In this document: positions 1-8,717 of the stretch, piece by piece
Layout: every line of letters begins with the position of its first letter
Numbering within the stretch: the stretch's first letter is position 1
NCBI RefSeq assembly: GCF_000143415.4
Contig: NW_003314277.1
Location: 977,310 to 986,034, forward strand
DNA: 8,725 bases
Origin: Selaginella moellendorffii
Taxonomy: Eukaryota > Plantae > Lycopodiophyta
Direction: 5' to 3'
Notes under the pieces: generated by a model
Databases searched by the model: none
What the model was told of the DNA's origin: nothing
The model's input: only the letters and a program-made list of their open reading frames with translations
Made by a program: the position numbers and the translations under genes

Positions 1-600
1 TGGCAGTCCAAGTGTATACAAGATCCCCCATATGCTGTAAAATTGTCCAAGGCCAACATACCGTGAAGACAACTTAGCACTACCACCTCCTTTCAAAGAC
101 CATTGTGCATTTGATAGCTTAAGGAAAACTTTATCATTAACTTTGTACAAACAATTGAGCAAGTTCAAAAGCTTTTATCGTTATCTTCACAGGGAAGAAG
201 TAAGCTATTTTTGTCAAATGATCCATAACAACCCAAATAACATTATTTCTTTAAAAGGTCTTGGGCAAACTAGTGATAAAGTCTATTGAGATGCTATCCC
301 ACTTATTCTCGAGTACACGTAAAGGATGATAGAGGCTAGCAAGCTTCTGATGATCAACTTTGACCGCTTGGCAAGTCAAACAACCACATATATACTTCTT
401 AACATCTAACTTCATCCTAGGCCAAAAGAAATGCTTCTTCACCAACATATATATTCTCAGTACCCTTGAATGCCTAACACTTGGCACATCATGACACTCA
501 ACCAAAATCTGTTTGATGAGTTTGTCAATACGAGGAACCACCATATATCCCTTCTTCACTAGGATTCCATCTTGTATCTCAAATGACACAAGTGTAAGCT
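1..600 (-). pseudogene. pol: Integrase (HHCC zinc finger, truncated core, GPY/F region), disrupted
   Basis: ILVECHD.....H...FFWPRMKLDVKKYICGCLTCQ (H2C2), then WDSISIDFITSLP and IWVVMDHLTKIAYFFP. It then jumps directly to YKVNDKVFLKL...KLSSRYVG(P)WTILQHMGDLVY, the GPY/F module. Confidence 0.92.
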
Positions 601-631
601 CCTGAGTTTGGACAAGTGTAAGCTCCTGAGT
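588..631. repeat. Direct repeat of 20 bp with a 24-bp period in the RH-IN linker
   Basis: ACAAGTGTAAGCTCCTGAGT at 588-607 and 612-631, exact copies. Confidence 0.95.
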
Positions 632-699
632 CAAAGTTAGCAAACTCCTTAAGCTCATTCAAAAGATCGCTAGATACCTTCACAAATGAGATAGAATTT

Positions 700-1060
700 A
701 CCATCCTGGATAATGCATCAGCCACCTTATTGTCACCTTCATGCTTGTACTGTATCTTAACAGACATTTTCTACAGGAACTCTTACCAACGAGCAAGGCA
801 GCCTCGAAGATCCTTTTGCCGACTGAAATATTGGAGAGATTGATGGTCTGAATCCACATGGAAGTCCAATCTATACAGATAATATTGCCATTCCTTCACA
901 GCAGCAATCACAGCATATAACTCTTTGTCTTGAGTAAGCCAATTCCATTATATAGCATCAAACTTATGGCTCATATATGCAAGAGGATGCCCAACTTAAA
1001 GCAAAATGACTCCAATAGCAATATCACTTACATCTGTCTCAACCACAAAAGGCTTCTCAA
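700..1060 (-). pseudogene. pol: Ty3-type RNase H domain of pol, disrupted
   Basis: ETDVSDIAIGVILL*VGHPLAYMSHKF...DKELYAVIAAVKEWQYYL..DSDHQSLQYF...ARW*EFL*KMSVKIQYKHEGDNKVADALSR. Confidence 0.93.
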
Positions 1061-1199
1061 GATAAAAAATCTTCAACATAAGAGTAGAGATACAACACTA
1101 CTTCAAATGTTGAAATAGCACCCTTGACTGATCTTCTTCAGAACATGTTAAAACATACTACTATTTATGGTTGGGACGAGAAGTGTCAAGTGGCACTAT

Positions 1200-1980
1200 C
1201 TCTAAAAGTCCTTCACAAATTGTTGAAAAATTTTAGCCACACCAAGGAAATGATCATGCATTGTTAAAGGTATAGGCCAATCAACCACAACTTGAATCTT
1301 TGTGGGATCAGCTTTCACTTCATGTACTGAAATCAAATGCCAAGATGTCCAATCTTCTCTAAGAAAAACTCGCACTTAAATAACTTTGAGTAGAGTTTGT
1401 TGTCCCTCAAAAGTTGCAAAACACTTCACACATGCATTTCATATTCCTCCATTAAAAACTTGAATACCAGGATATCATCAAAATAATCAATTGCAAACTT
1501 TCCTAAGGTTGTAGAACTTGATTCATCAATCTCTGAAAAGTTGTAAAAGCATTTATCAAACCAAACGGCATCACCAAAAACTCGTAGTGACTAGTCCTTG
1601 TCTGAAATGCAATTTTCGGGACATCCTCTATCTTGACACAAATTTGATGATACTTTTGCCTCAAATCAATCTTTGAAAAATATCAAGCACCACGAAGACA
1701 ATTCTCACCGTCCTATCATTCAATCCCTTGTAGTTCACACATAGATGCCATATACCATCTTTCTTCTTGGTCATCACCATTAGAGCAGCCCAAGTAGATT
1801 TGCTAATCTGTAACCACCCTTTCTGAAGGTTTTCAGCAAGTTGCCTATTAATCTCCTTATCTTCAGCAGAACTAGTACGAGTTGGTTGTCATTGATAAAG
1901 AGTAGCTCCAGGAACCAAGTCAATCTCATGTTGAATTCCACATTCAAGAGGCAAATCATCAAGCAACTCATCAGAAATGG
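1200..1980 (-). pseudogene. pol: Reverse transcriptase domain of pol, disrupted
   Basis: Manual translation across frames gives [82 protein letters not shown], catalytic YFDDIL (1474-1485) and DPTKIQVVVDWPIP. Confidence 0.95.
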
Positions 1981-2089
1981 GTACACCACAAAAAAGTTAG
2001 CTATCTCATATGTGCAAGTCACCAACTCTAAAGTGTTAATCAATAGAGTATCACTATCGTCTATCTTGACAATCTCTTTCATAGTGCCA

Positions 2090-2441
2090 CCAACTTCAAT
2101 ACATAGAACATTATGCTTCCAATCAATCCCTGGCTTCCTGTCATAAAATCATTCCTTCCCAAAAATAACATCTATGCGACCAAAATCCATAACTTGGAAT
2201 GAAGGATGGTCGAGAATTCCCTGAACCATCAAAGGAACACTTGGAGCCCATTTACTATAAACACAGTGCTATGTCCATCTACCATAACCACCTCGTAGAT
2301 CAATAAACTCTTTTCCACATGCAAACCAAGTTTCTTTACCACCTTGGAACTCAAAAAGTTGTGAGTAGCACCTGGATCAAAAAGAATACTAATAGCACTA
2401 CCTTGAATATCCCCTTTGGCTTTCACAAGTTGATTGCGCAT
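2090..2441 (-). pseudogene. pol: Retropepsin aspartic protease domain of pol, disrupted
   Basis: Active-site motif ILFDPGATHNFLS (DPG at 2370-2378). After a frameshift it continues FQVMDFGRIDVIFGKE*F...PGIDW, matching the typical 'DVILGM.WL....IDW' C-terminal motif. Confidence 0.9.
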
Positions 2442-2445
2442 AGAA

Positions 2446-3553
2446 TCATTTAATCTCTGTAGAGTTGATATGAACTTGAGACTTAGATTTTGGAACTTTT
2501 GCTATAAGGTGTAGAAGAGCCACCACAACAGATGCTTGAGCTGTATCCATGATGGATTCCACCATATTCACCTTAGCATTCTTGGATCCCTTCATAAGCA
2601 AACAATCCTTGCTATGATGTCCAGCCTTGTGACAACAAAAACAATTGCCCTCCACTTTGTCCTTTTTTTGCTAGTCCAAATGATGTCTTTCAGCTTCATT
2701 ACCATCTCCATTCTTCAAGCCATGACAGAATAATAGTTATTTCTTCCCTGAGGATAAAGTATTGGTAGGTTGGTCATCATGTTAACTACCCCATAGACCA
2801 TCCCATTGACCAGAGTTGACTGACGGTTTGGGCAAAAAGATCTGAGTTTAGTGATAGCATTAGTCAATGTTGCTGGAAAATCTTTTTTGACCTTTTATTG
2901 CATATCCATTGAGCTCAATCCTTTGATAAAACATTGCACCTTTAGCAGCTCATTATAGGTGCTTGTGAGACTAAGGAAAAGATCACAAAACTTGTAAGCA
3001 TATGCATCCAAAGACAAAGTCCCTTGCCAGATCTCTAACAACTAGTCCATGAGATCAACCTCTTCAAACTTCTTTACAAACGAAGCACAGAAAACCTTCG
3101 TCAATCAGTCTAAGAAATTGGCTTTGAATTAGCTTTGATGTAGTTCTTCCACCATGAAGAAGCATAGCCCGTAAGCTTTGTCACAAAAAAATCAATCTTC
3201 ACCTTATCTTCACAAGGATTATGAGACCAACAACTTTTCCACAATTCCAACCAAGAATCAACCTCTTGGGTAGCATAGATATCTGGTGATGACTTGCATT
3301 CCACGATACCATAGTCCTTGGCATGCTTGACATACCAAAGGTAATCATGGACATGAGATTGATTTAACCCTTGAGGGTCCATGCAAAGTAAGAAATTTTT
3401 AATGAGATTGATAGAATCTTTAACCTCCTTTTTGTTGCTCTAAACTTTAGAAATCTGGTGTTTTTGCCACACAATAACATCATCAAGAGTCTCTTCTTCA
3501 TTCTCACTAATGCCATACTCCTCATTAAGATCAACATCTTGCTCATCTACCAT
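2446..3553 (-). pseudogene. gag: gag (retrotransposon capsid plus CCHC nucleocapsid knuckle), disrupted
   Basis: The ATG at 3553 (MVDEQDVDLNEE...) is in frame with ORF 3110-3382 across one TAG. That ORF reads EVDSWL..W...DKVKIDFFVTKLTGYASSWW and continues as ..IWQGTLSLDAYAYKFCDL..KVQCFIKGL..PATLTNAI. A CX2CX4HX4C knuckle, CFCCHKAGHHSKDC, lies at 2602-2643. Confidence 0.9.
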
Positions 3554-3567
3554 CCCCAAAAGAATGT

Positions 3568-3582
3568 GCTATTTCGATACCA
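3568..3582 (-). promoter_or_regulatory. Primer-binding site, tRNA-iMet type (partly diverged)
   Basis: The minus strand reads ...TTTCA-T-TGGTATCGAAATAGC. The first 7 nt match the canonical TGGTATCAGAGC, 1 nt after a CA LTR end and just upstream of gag. Confidence 0.75.
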
Positions 3583-3583
3583 A

Positions 3584-4091
3584 TGAAACGAACAAGTAGG
3601 CCAACCTCCTAACCCTTAGTCTCTCACAGGCCATAAAATATTCTTAGAATATTCTTGTGGTTTGTATTAGTCAGTATTGGTAGACCTTTTATCAGTCTCC
3701 ACCCAAGCTAGTTAAAAAACTAGTCATCATATATGTACTTATCCCAAATAAACATAGGTAGGAATTCCTAGGTATTTCTTGTTAAGTATACTTGGTCTGG
3801 GTTTAGAAAATCATATGTTAGTTTACACTTGCTAGTGTTAGAAACCTCCGCAATATTGAGTTTGGTTTCTCAATACTTGCTAGATGATAGCTTACTGTGT
3901 TTACCAAAACACTCTTGTTATCATTCCCCCATGTGTTGGTTCTATTTGGTCCTATTGTCTATTTATAGAGAAGTGTCTAAATTTATTAACTTGGCATATC
4001 TACAGAATGTAAATATGGTGTTAAGTACAATGGTGTTGTTCCTACATCCAAATTCATAATTTAGTGTCATTTCATATTTAGTAAGTTTTCA
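3584..4091 (-). repeat. Putative 5' LTR of the Gypsy element
   Basis: Begins TGAAAC on the plus strand, next to the PBS. Matching TTTCA ends occur at 4070-4074 and 4087-4091. The stretch is non-coding and contains a TATA box. The partner LTR is outside the window, so the far boundary cannot be verified. Confidence 0.6.
3960..3968 (-). promoter_or_regulatory. Candidate LTR TATA box
   Basis: CTATAAATA on the minus strand, inside the putative LTR and oriented toward gag. Confidence 0.5.
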
Positions 4092-4106
4092 TGATTGTCT
4101 CATAGA

Positions 4107-4206
4107 NNNNNNNNNNNNNNNNNNNNNNNNNNNNNNNNNNNNNNNNNNNNNNNNNNNNNNNNNNNNNNNNNNNNNNNNNNNNNNNNNNNNNNNNNNNNNN
4201 NNNNNN
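4107..4206. other. Assembly gap (100 N, probably an unknown-size placeholder)
   Basis: Run of N. Confidence 1.
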
Positions 4207-4209
4207 ATT

Positions 4210-4910
4210 ACTAGTAAGAAGCTCCATTACAAGAATATGGTATGCAATAGTACATGGGTGGCTCCAAAAAATGTTCCAATTTATGTTGCACAGCAATAGT
4301 TTCAAGGCATAGGTTGTGGATATGGTCGAGGATGTGGTCCTTAGTGTTATTGCTGTAGAGAGTTTGGATATATACAAGTAGAGTGTCCAAATGCAAAGAA
4401 ACCAAAAGATTACCAACCAATCTATGGGGTGTGTGAAATGCAAAGCTTCCATACTTAGGATTAATGCCCTCATAAGCTGTGGCAAGATTGTGGCAAGATT
4501 GTGGCAAGCAAGTGGTTGACTCTCGAGTTGTTTTTATTCAGCCTACTAATCAGGACAGAATATGCTATAAGCTGAGAATGAAGAGTGAAGACACAAGCAT
4601 GCCTACCTAGACGGTGAAAACAAGAAGCCAATGATAATAAGGGCAAGGCAAGGACGTTTTTGCAAAACCGGATGAAGATGATCTAGAACAAATTGCTAGG
4701 AAGCAATATCATGAAGAGAGAGTGGCAAGAAAATTAAGGGTTGGCCCTAATTTTGTCAAGAACATGAACAGTAACAACGAAATTGCAGATCTAGTAGCAG
4801 CACTAGAGAATGTAGATGTGTCAACCCTTGATCAGGTATGTGACACCTTAGAGGAGTATAGGGGATCAAGGAAACAGGTGGAGGCAGCTATGAAGTGCAA
4901 GTACAAGTAG
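4210..4910 (+). pseudogene. gag: gag C-terminal remnant of a second LTR retroelement (RG-box, two zinc knuckles, TRS linker)
   Basis: The frame from 4210 reads ..GIGCGYGRGCGP*CYCCREFGYIQVECP (4345-4389)..IYGVCEMQSFHT*D*CP (4423-4470). After removing one 11-bp duplicate it continues QDCGKQVVDSRVVFIQP...VKTRSQ..GQGKD into ORF 4722-4910. Confidence 0.75.
4478..4508. repeat. 11-bp tandem repeat, (TGTGGCAAGAT) x ~2.8
   Basis: Perfect copies start at 4478, 4489 and 4500 (the last is partial). Confidence 0.95.
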
Positions 4911-4973
4911 GTACTCAATTTAGATGTTGTGCTGTATGACATTTTAAGAGAACTCGATAATTAGAGACCAAGG

Positions 4974-5119
4974 TGTAAGCAACTAAATTTTCCATCTCAG
5001 GTCCATCTCAGACTCCATCTTGGGTTCATCTTAGACTTCATCTCGGGTCCATCTTGGACTCCATCTCAAGGGTCCATCTCAGACTTCATCTCAGGTCCAT
5101 TTCGGGTCTATCGTGGACT
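4974..5119 (-). repeat. LTR-like terminus of the same family as the copy at 8193 (contains array A)
   Basis: TGTAAGCAACTAAATTTTCCATCTCAGG versus TGTAAATGACTAAATTTTTCATCTTAGG. Homology begins at the TG dinucleotide. Confidence 0.55.
4991..5118. repeat. Minisatellite array A: 11 units of mostly 11/12 bp (consensus TCCATCTCGGG / TCCATCTYRGAC)
   Basis: Units start at 4991, 5002, 5014, 5025, 5037, 5048, 5060, 5073, 5085, 5096 and 5107. They mostly alternate, giving a ~23-bp higher-order period. Confidence 0.92.
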
Positions 5120-6796
5120 TAACTTTTAACTTAAAGACTCCTTTGATCATATGTGGTAGTTCTTCCGTTATGTTTGTTTAAATCTGGTAGAGACACTTTT
5201 TCTATTTCAATCTCACTACTCAATTTTGAGTAGTCTCAGCTTTTAACCATCACACTTTGGAACTTTAATTTTAACTTCTCAAGTCAATTTCCTAAATGTC
5301 TCTAACACTTTGTATTACACATATTGTGCAAACTTCATTTACCTATCCTAAGAAGTTCTTTACTTGAAGGTATCATCATCCTCTTTTTTATTTCATGCCA
5401 CTTTTGGCACTAAGTTTCAGTCATCCATATTTATGCTAGGGTTGTCCATGTTTTTATCATTTGGCTATCTTGCCACTCTCTACTTTGGAGTTTTCACTTT
5501 TGCCATATTGAGAAATTTAGGAATTCATCCTTGGAAACATATTTTTTTTCTCATAATCTGTTAGTATATAATATATGAGTGTTCCTCGCCATTTAAATTT
5601 TTCTTAATGATTTCCATAGCCCATTTTTGGCCACTAGTTTTTTTCTTTTATCCTTTGGTTATTGCACCAAGCAACATAGGATCATTACTTCCATCTTCGA
5701 GGTATTCTTTCGGTTTTATAGCAAAGGCTTTGCTTTGTAAATCCAGAGGGTGTTCACCCCTAATAAGTCTCTCTAGCATTATTTACTATGGGCTCTATCC
5801 ATTACCCAACTTTGCGACCCACCAATAAGTCCTTCTTTAGAGATTTTTTTTTATACTCAAAATACTATTGCATTGTTATTACTCATTTCCCTTAAATGTC
5901 TTTTCCATTTAGTCACCTTGACCAAGTCACACCCTTATTAATAGTTCAAATCAACACTTTAAATTAGAAACTTTATTCCTTAACTTCACAAGGACTTTGT
6001 TCTTGTTTAGCCATAAGATCACTTATTGATCTCACTTTGACACCTTAACAAGTTTATCAATAGGTACTATGTTTTTCTAGAACTTTAAGTTGTTAACCAT
6101 GACCCCTGGGGTATCCCCCACATTTAGCAGTGCACCTAAACCAACCCTTCTAGCCAAGAGTCAATAACAATTGAGACTGAGTGTCCCTGTCTCATTCATC
6201 ATGTCATTGATGCCACTTGCACTAAAGTGTTCAAATTAAATATGCCAAACTTTCACATTAAACAATCTAACCATGCATCACGACTTTAAGGCATCCTCTA
6301 TTTGGTGGTGTGCCCAAGTCAGTCTTCTTACTGAGAGTCCATGACTATCGAAAAATGAATGTCCTTATATTCTAAACCATTGCCATGCCCTAATGAGTTG
6401 GGATTGGAACCTAAGCACTAAAGAGTTGAGACTTGAACCCAACTTCCACATATGTATTTCCAGGTAACATCACTTAGGATGCCTAGCATGACTCCCCACA
6501 TTGGTGCACTAACTTATATCCAAAGCGTGCTACAAATCACAGCTTAAGAACTTACTTCCTCCAAATTGCAAAGTCCTCTCATTTGATAAGTCTATGATTA
6601 TGTATAAACTCCTTCATGCTTGGCCCCAAAAGCCACTCATTTTGAAGTCAACACTTCTTAAAGATGAACCTATTTGATGGCCTATGGAGTGGTTCCTCAA
6701 TTTGGATATGCTCACCTTATAATCTCACACACTGGGATTAACATTGTTACTTATGCCTTTGTGTGCCCATCACTAGCCTAACCAAAATTTTATCCA

Positions 6797-7155
6797 NNNN
6801 NNNNNNNNNNNNNNNNNNNNNNNNNNNNNNNNNNNNNNNNNNNNNNNNNNNNNNNNNNNNNNNNNNNNNNNNNNNNNNNNNNNNNNNNNNNNNNNNNNNN
6901 NNNNNNNNNNNNNNNNNNNNNNNNNNNNNNNNNNNNNNNNNNNNNNNNNNNNNNNNNNNNNNNNNNNNNNNNNNNNNNNNNNNNNNNNNNNNNNNNNNNN
7001 NNNNNNNNNNNNNNNNNNNNNNNNNNNNNNNNNNNNNNNNNNNNNNNNNNNNNNNNNNNNNNNNNNNNNNNNNNNNNNNNNNNNNNNNNNNNNNNNNNNN
7101 NNNNNNNNNNNNNNNNNNNNNNNNNNNNNNNNNNNNNNNNNNNNNNNNNNNNNNN
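6797..7155. other. Assembly gap (359 N)
   Basis: Run of N. Confidence 1.
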
Positions 7156-8177
7156 TCTCCACACTTTCATTTGTGGTTTAGGTCTTTGCCAAAAGTAAAG
7201 CAGTCATGTTTTATGGCAACTATTAGTTATATTGCACTATAGTGTTCATACACAACTCTGTGCCAAAGTTGTTTTCTTCTAGGAATACCTTTCCTACAAC
7301 TTTAGTATGGCACGTTTTACCATCATTGAGATACCCACTATTCTCATCCTTAGATCTTATAATCCTCCCTATCCTTTGTAGGGTATACAACACCTCAATC
7401 CAAATTCTTCCACCAATCTTTTAGGACCATTCTTTGACTTCATTTGAGTCATTCAACTTTTTGAACTTTGCTAATCCGATGATTTATAAGGCTTTAGCTT
7501 TATAGCTACTTTTAAGGTGTCAACTCATTGGAATACAACTTCTTGTATTCATATCTTATTCACAAGGACCATCTTTGCAAGTGCTACTTCAACACTTGAT
7601 TATTTTTTATTCCATGTGAGTTATCTTTGCACCTTAAGATTATTTGTCCATATGATGAGAATATTGACTCATCCTCTAGGTATACCCTCAATTCCTTGGG
7701 TTGTTCCAACATTTATTAAAGGTAGCTTCAACTACCATTTCAAGAACATATGTCCTCATCTGTATTTGACCTTTTATAGTCACTAACTCTAGTTTTAGAT
7801 TCTTGAACACTATCCTTAACTATATAAAGATAACATTATGACTCCTTTACCATCTAAAATTTTTCTATTGTTCTCATGATCCCAACTATAGTTTATCACA
7901 ACCATATTAGCTATTTTGCTAAATCAAATGCTTATATGGATTACATCTTCAACTCTCTAAAGAACAACTTTCTATTGTTTTCAAGATCTTAAAGTTGTCC
8001 CCTTATTAACCCCTTTCTATCCACCATATTACCTACCAGTTCACACATGAACTATAGTGGATAGTTATGTCTTCTCGACCTACTACTCCTCAAGTATAAC
8101 CCCACTCCTAGGACATTCCAATGTTACTATCAAATGGTGATATACTTGACTGCCAATAAGAGTCAAACTTAATAACA

Positions 8178-8189
8178 GCTTTGGTACTA
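8178..8189 (-). promoter_or_regulatory. Degenerate tRNA-iMet primer-binding site
   Basis: Minus-strand TAGTACCAAAGC matches TGGTATCAGAGC at 9/12, all three mismatches being transitions. It lies 3 nt from a TG terminus at 8193. Confidence 0.6.
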
Positions 8190-8192
8190 AAT

Positions 8193-8717
8193 TGTAAATG
8201 ACTAAATTTTTCATCTTAGGTTCATCTTAGACTTGACCTCAAACTCCATCTTGGGTCCATCTCGAACTCCATCTTGAATCTATCTGGAACTCCATCTCGG
8301 GTTTATCTAGGACTCCATCTCGGGTTTATCTTGTGGACTCTTTTTTAGACTTGTTCCTAACACTTCTATGTGTTATAACACTTGCTATGTGTATATCCTT
8401 TCTATGTCTCTTTTTAGAGATTTATTTATTGATTATTTTGTGCTCATTCCTTGAGCACTTTGTTTGGAGTTTCATTCCCACTCTTGACTTTCTAAGTCAA
8501 AGCATTTAGTCTAAGTTATGCTTATTGGACTTCCATTTCCACCACTATTATGTGGCACCCTTTCAGCTCCACTTTGGGGCTTAGGGATTTGTGTCTCACA
8601 TAAACATCACATTGGCTCAACTACTTTAATCTGCACCCTTGAGGAAAATTGTTTATGCACTTGTTGTTTCTTGGATATTGCAAGCTGATGCTATCCATTA
8701 TTGGAGGAAGGGCTACA
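8193..8717 (-). repeat. Putative 5' LTR of a third element (contains array B)
   Basis: Starts TGTAA next to the PBS and shares its first ~145 bp with 4974-5119. A possible end is CTACA at 8713-8717, but the LTR could extend beyond the window. Confidence 0.5.
8210..8338. repeat. Minisatellite array B, homologous to array A
   Basis: 11 units start at 8210, 8221, 8233, 8245, 8256, 8268, 8279, 8291, 8302, 8314 and 8325. It has the same upstream leader ACTAAATTTT and the same end GTGGACT as array A. Confidence 0.9.

Larger units (their letters stand above)
1..4091 (-). mobile_element. Degenerate Ty3/Gypsy LTR retrotransposon (LTR-PBS-gag-PR-RT-RH-IN), running off the left edge of the window
   Basis: The minus-strand domain order gag, PR, RT, RNase H, IN is diagnostic of Ty3/Gypsy. 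There is a PBS at ~3568-3582 next to an LTR terminus at 3584. The right boundary is uncertain: 4074, 4091 or inside the gap. Confidence 0.95.

Noticed and set aside
930-2733. Plus-strand ORFs 930-1118, 1841-2146 and 2536-2733, and minus ORF 1780-2082
   Set aside because: Antisense or mostly off-frame shadows of gag-pol with no independent motifs.
1-3553. A novel RT-based system (retron, DGR) or an endogenous caulimovirus
   Set aside because: The PR-RT-RH-IN order with gag, PBS and LTR fits an ordinary Ty3/Gypsy element. Caulimoviruses lack integrase.
3829-4059. 76-aa ORF within the LTR
   Set aside because: Non-ATG start, no motif, and of a length expected by chance.
4991-5118. Arrays A and B as CRISPR arrays
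   Set aside because: The units are contiguous 11-13-bp degenerate repeats with no unique spacers and no cas genes, in a eukaryotic TE context.
5364-5828. Hydrophobic ORFs 5364-5564 and 5607-5828 (also 7242-7424 and 7517-7786) as membrane or env-like proteins
   Set aside because: The F/L/I/S richness follows from the T-rich plus strand. They are short and have no recognisable domain.
6763-7242. ORFs 6763-7242, 6773-7162, 6790-7170 and 4078-4485
   Set aside because: They read through N runs. 4078-4485 is also antisense to the gag remnant.
6038-7523. Inverted match TTGACACCTTAA (~6038) versus TTAAGGTGTCAA (~7511) as terminal inverted repeats
   Set aside because: Only 12 bp, with no extension or TSD seen, and it spans a gap. 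Chance is plausible.
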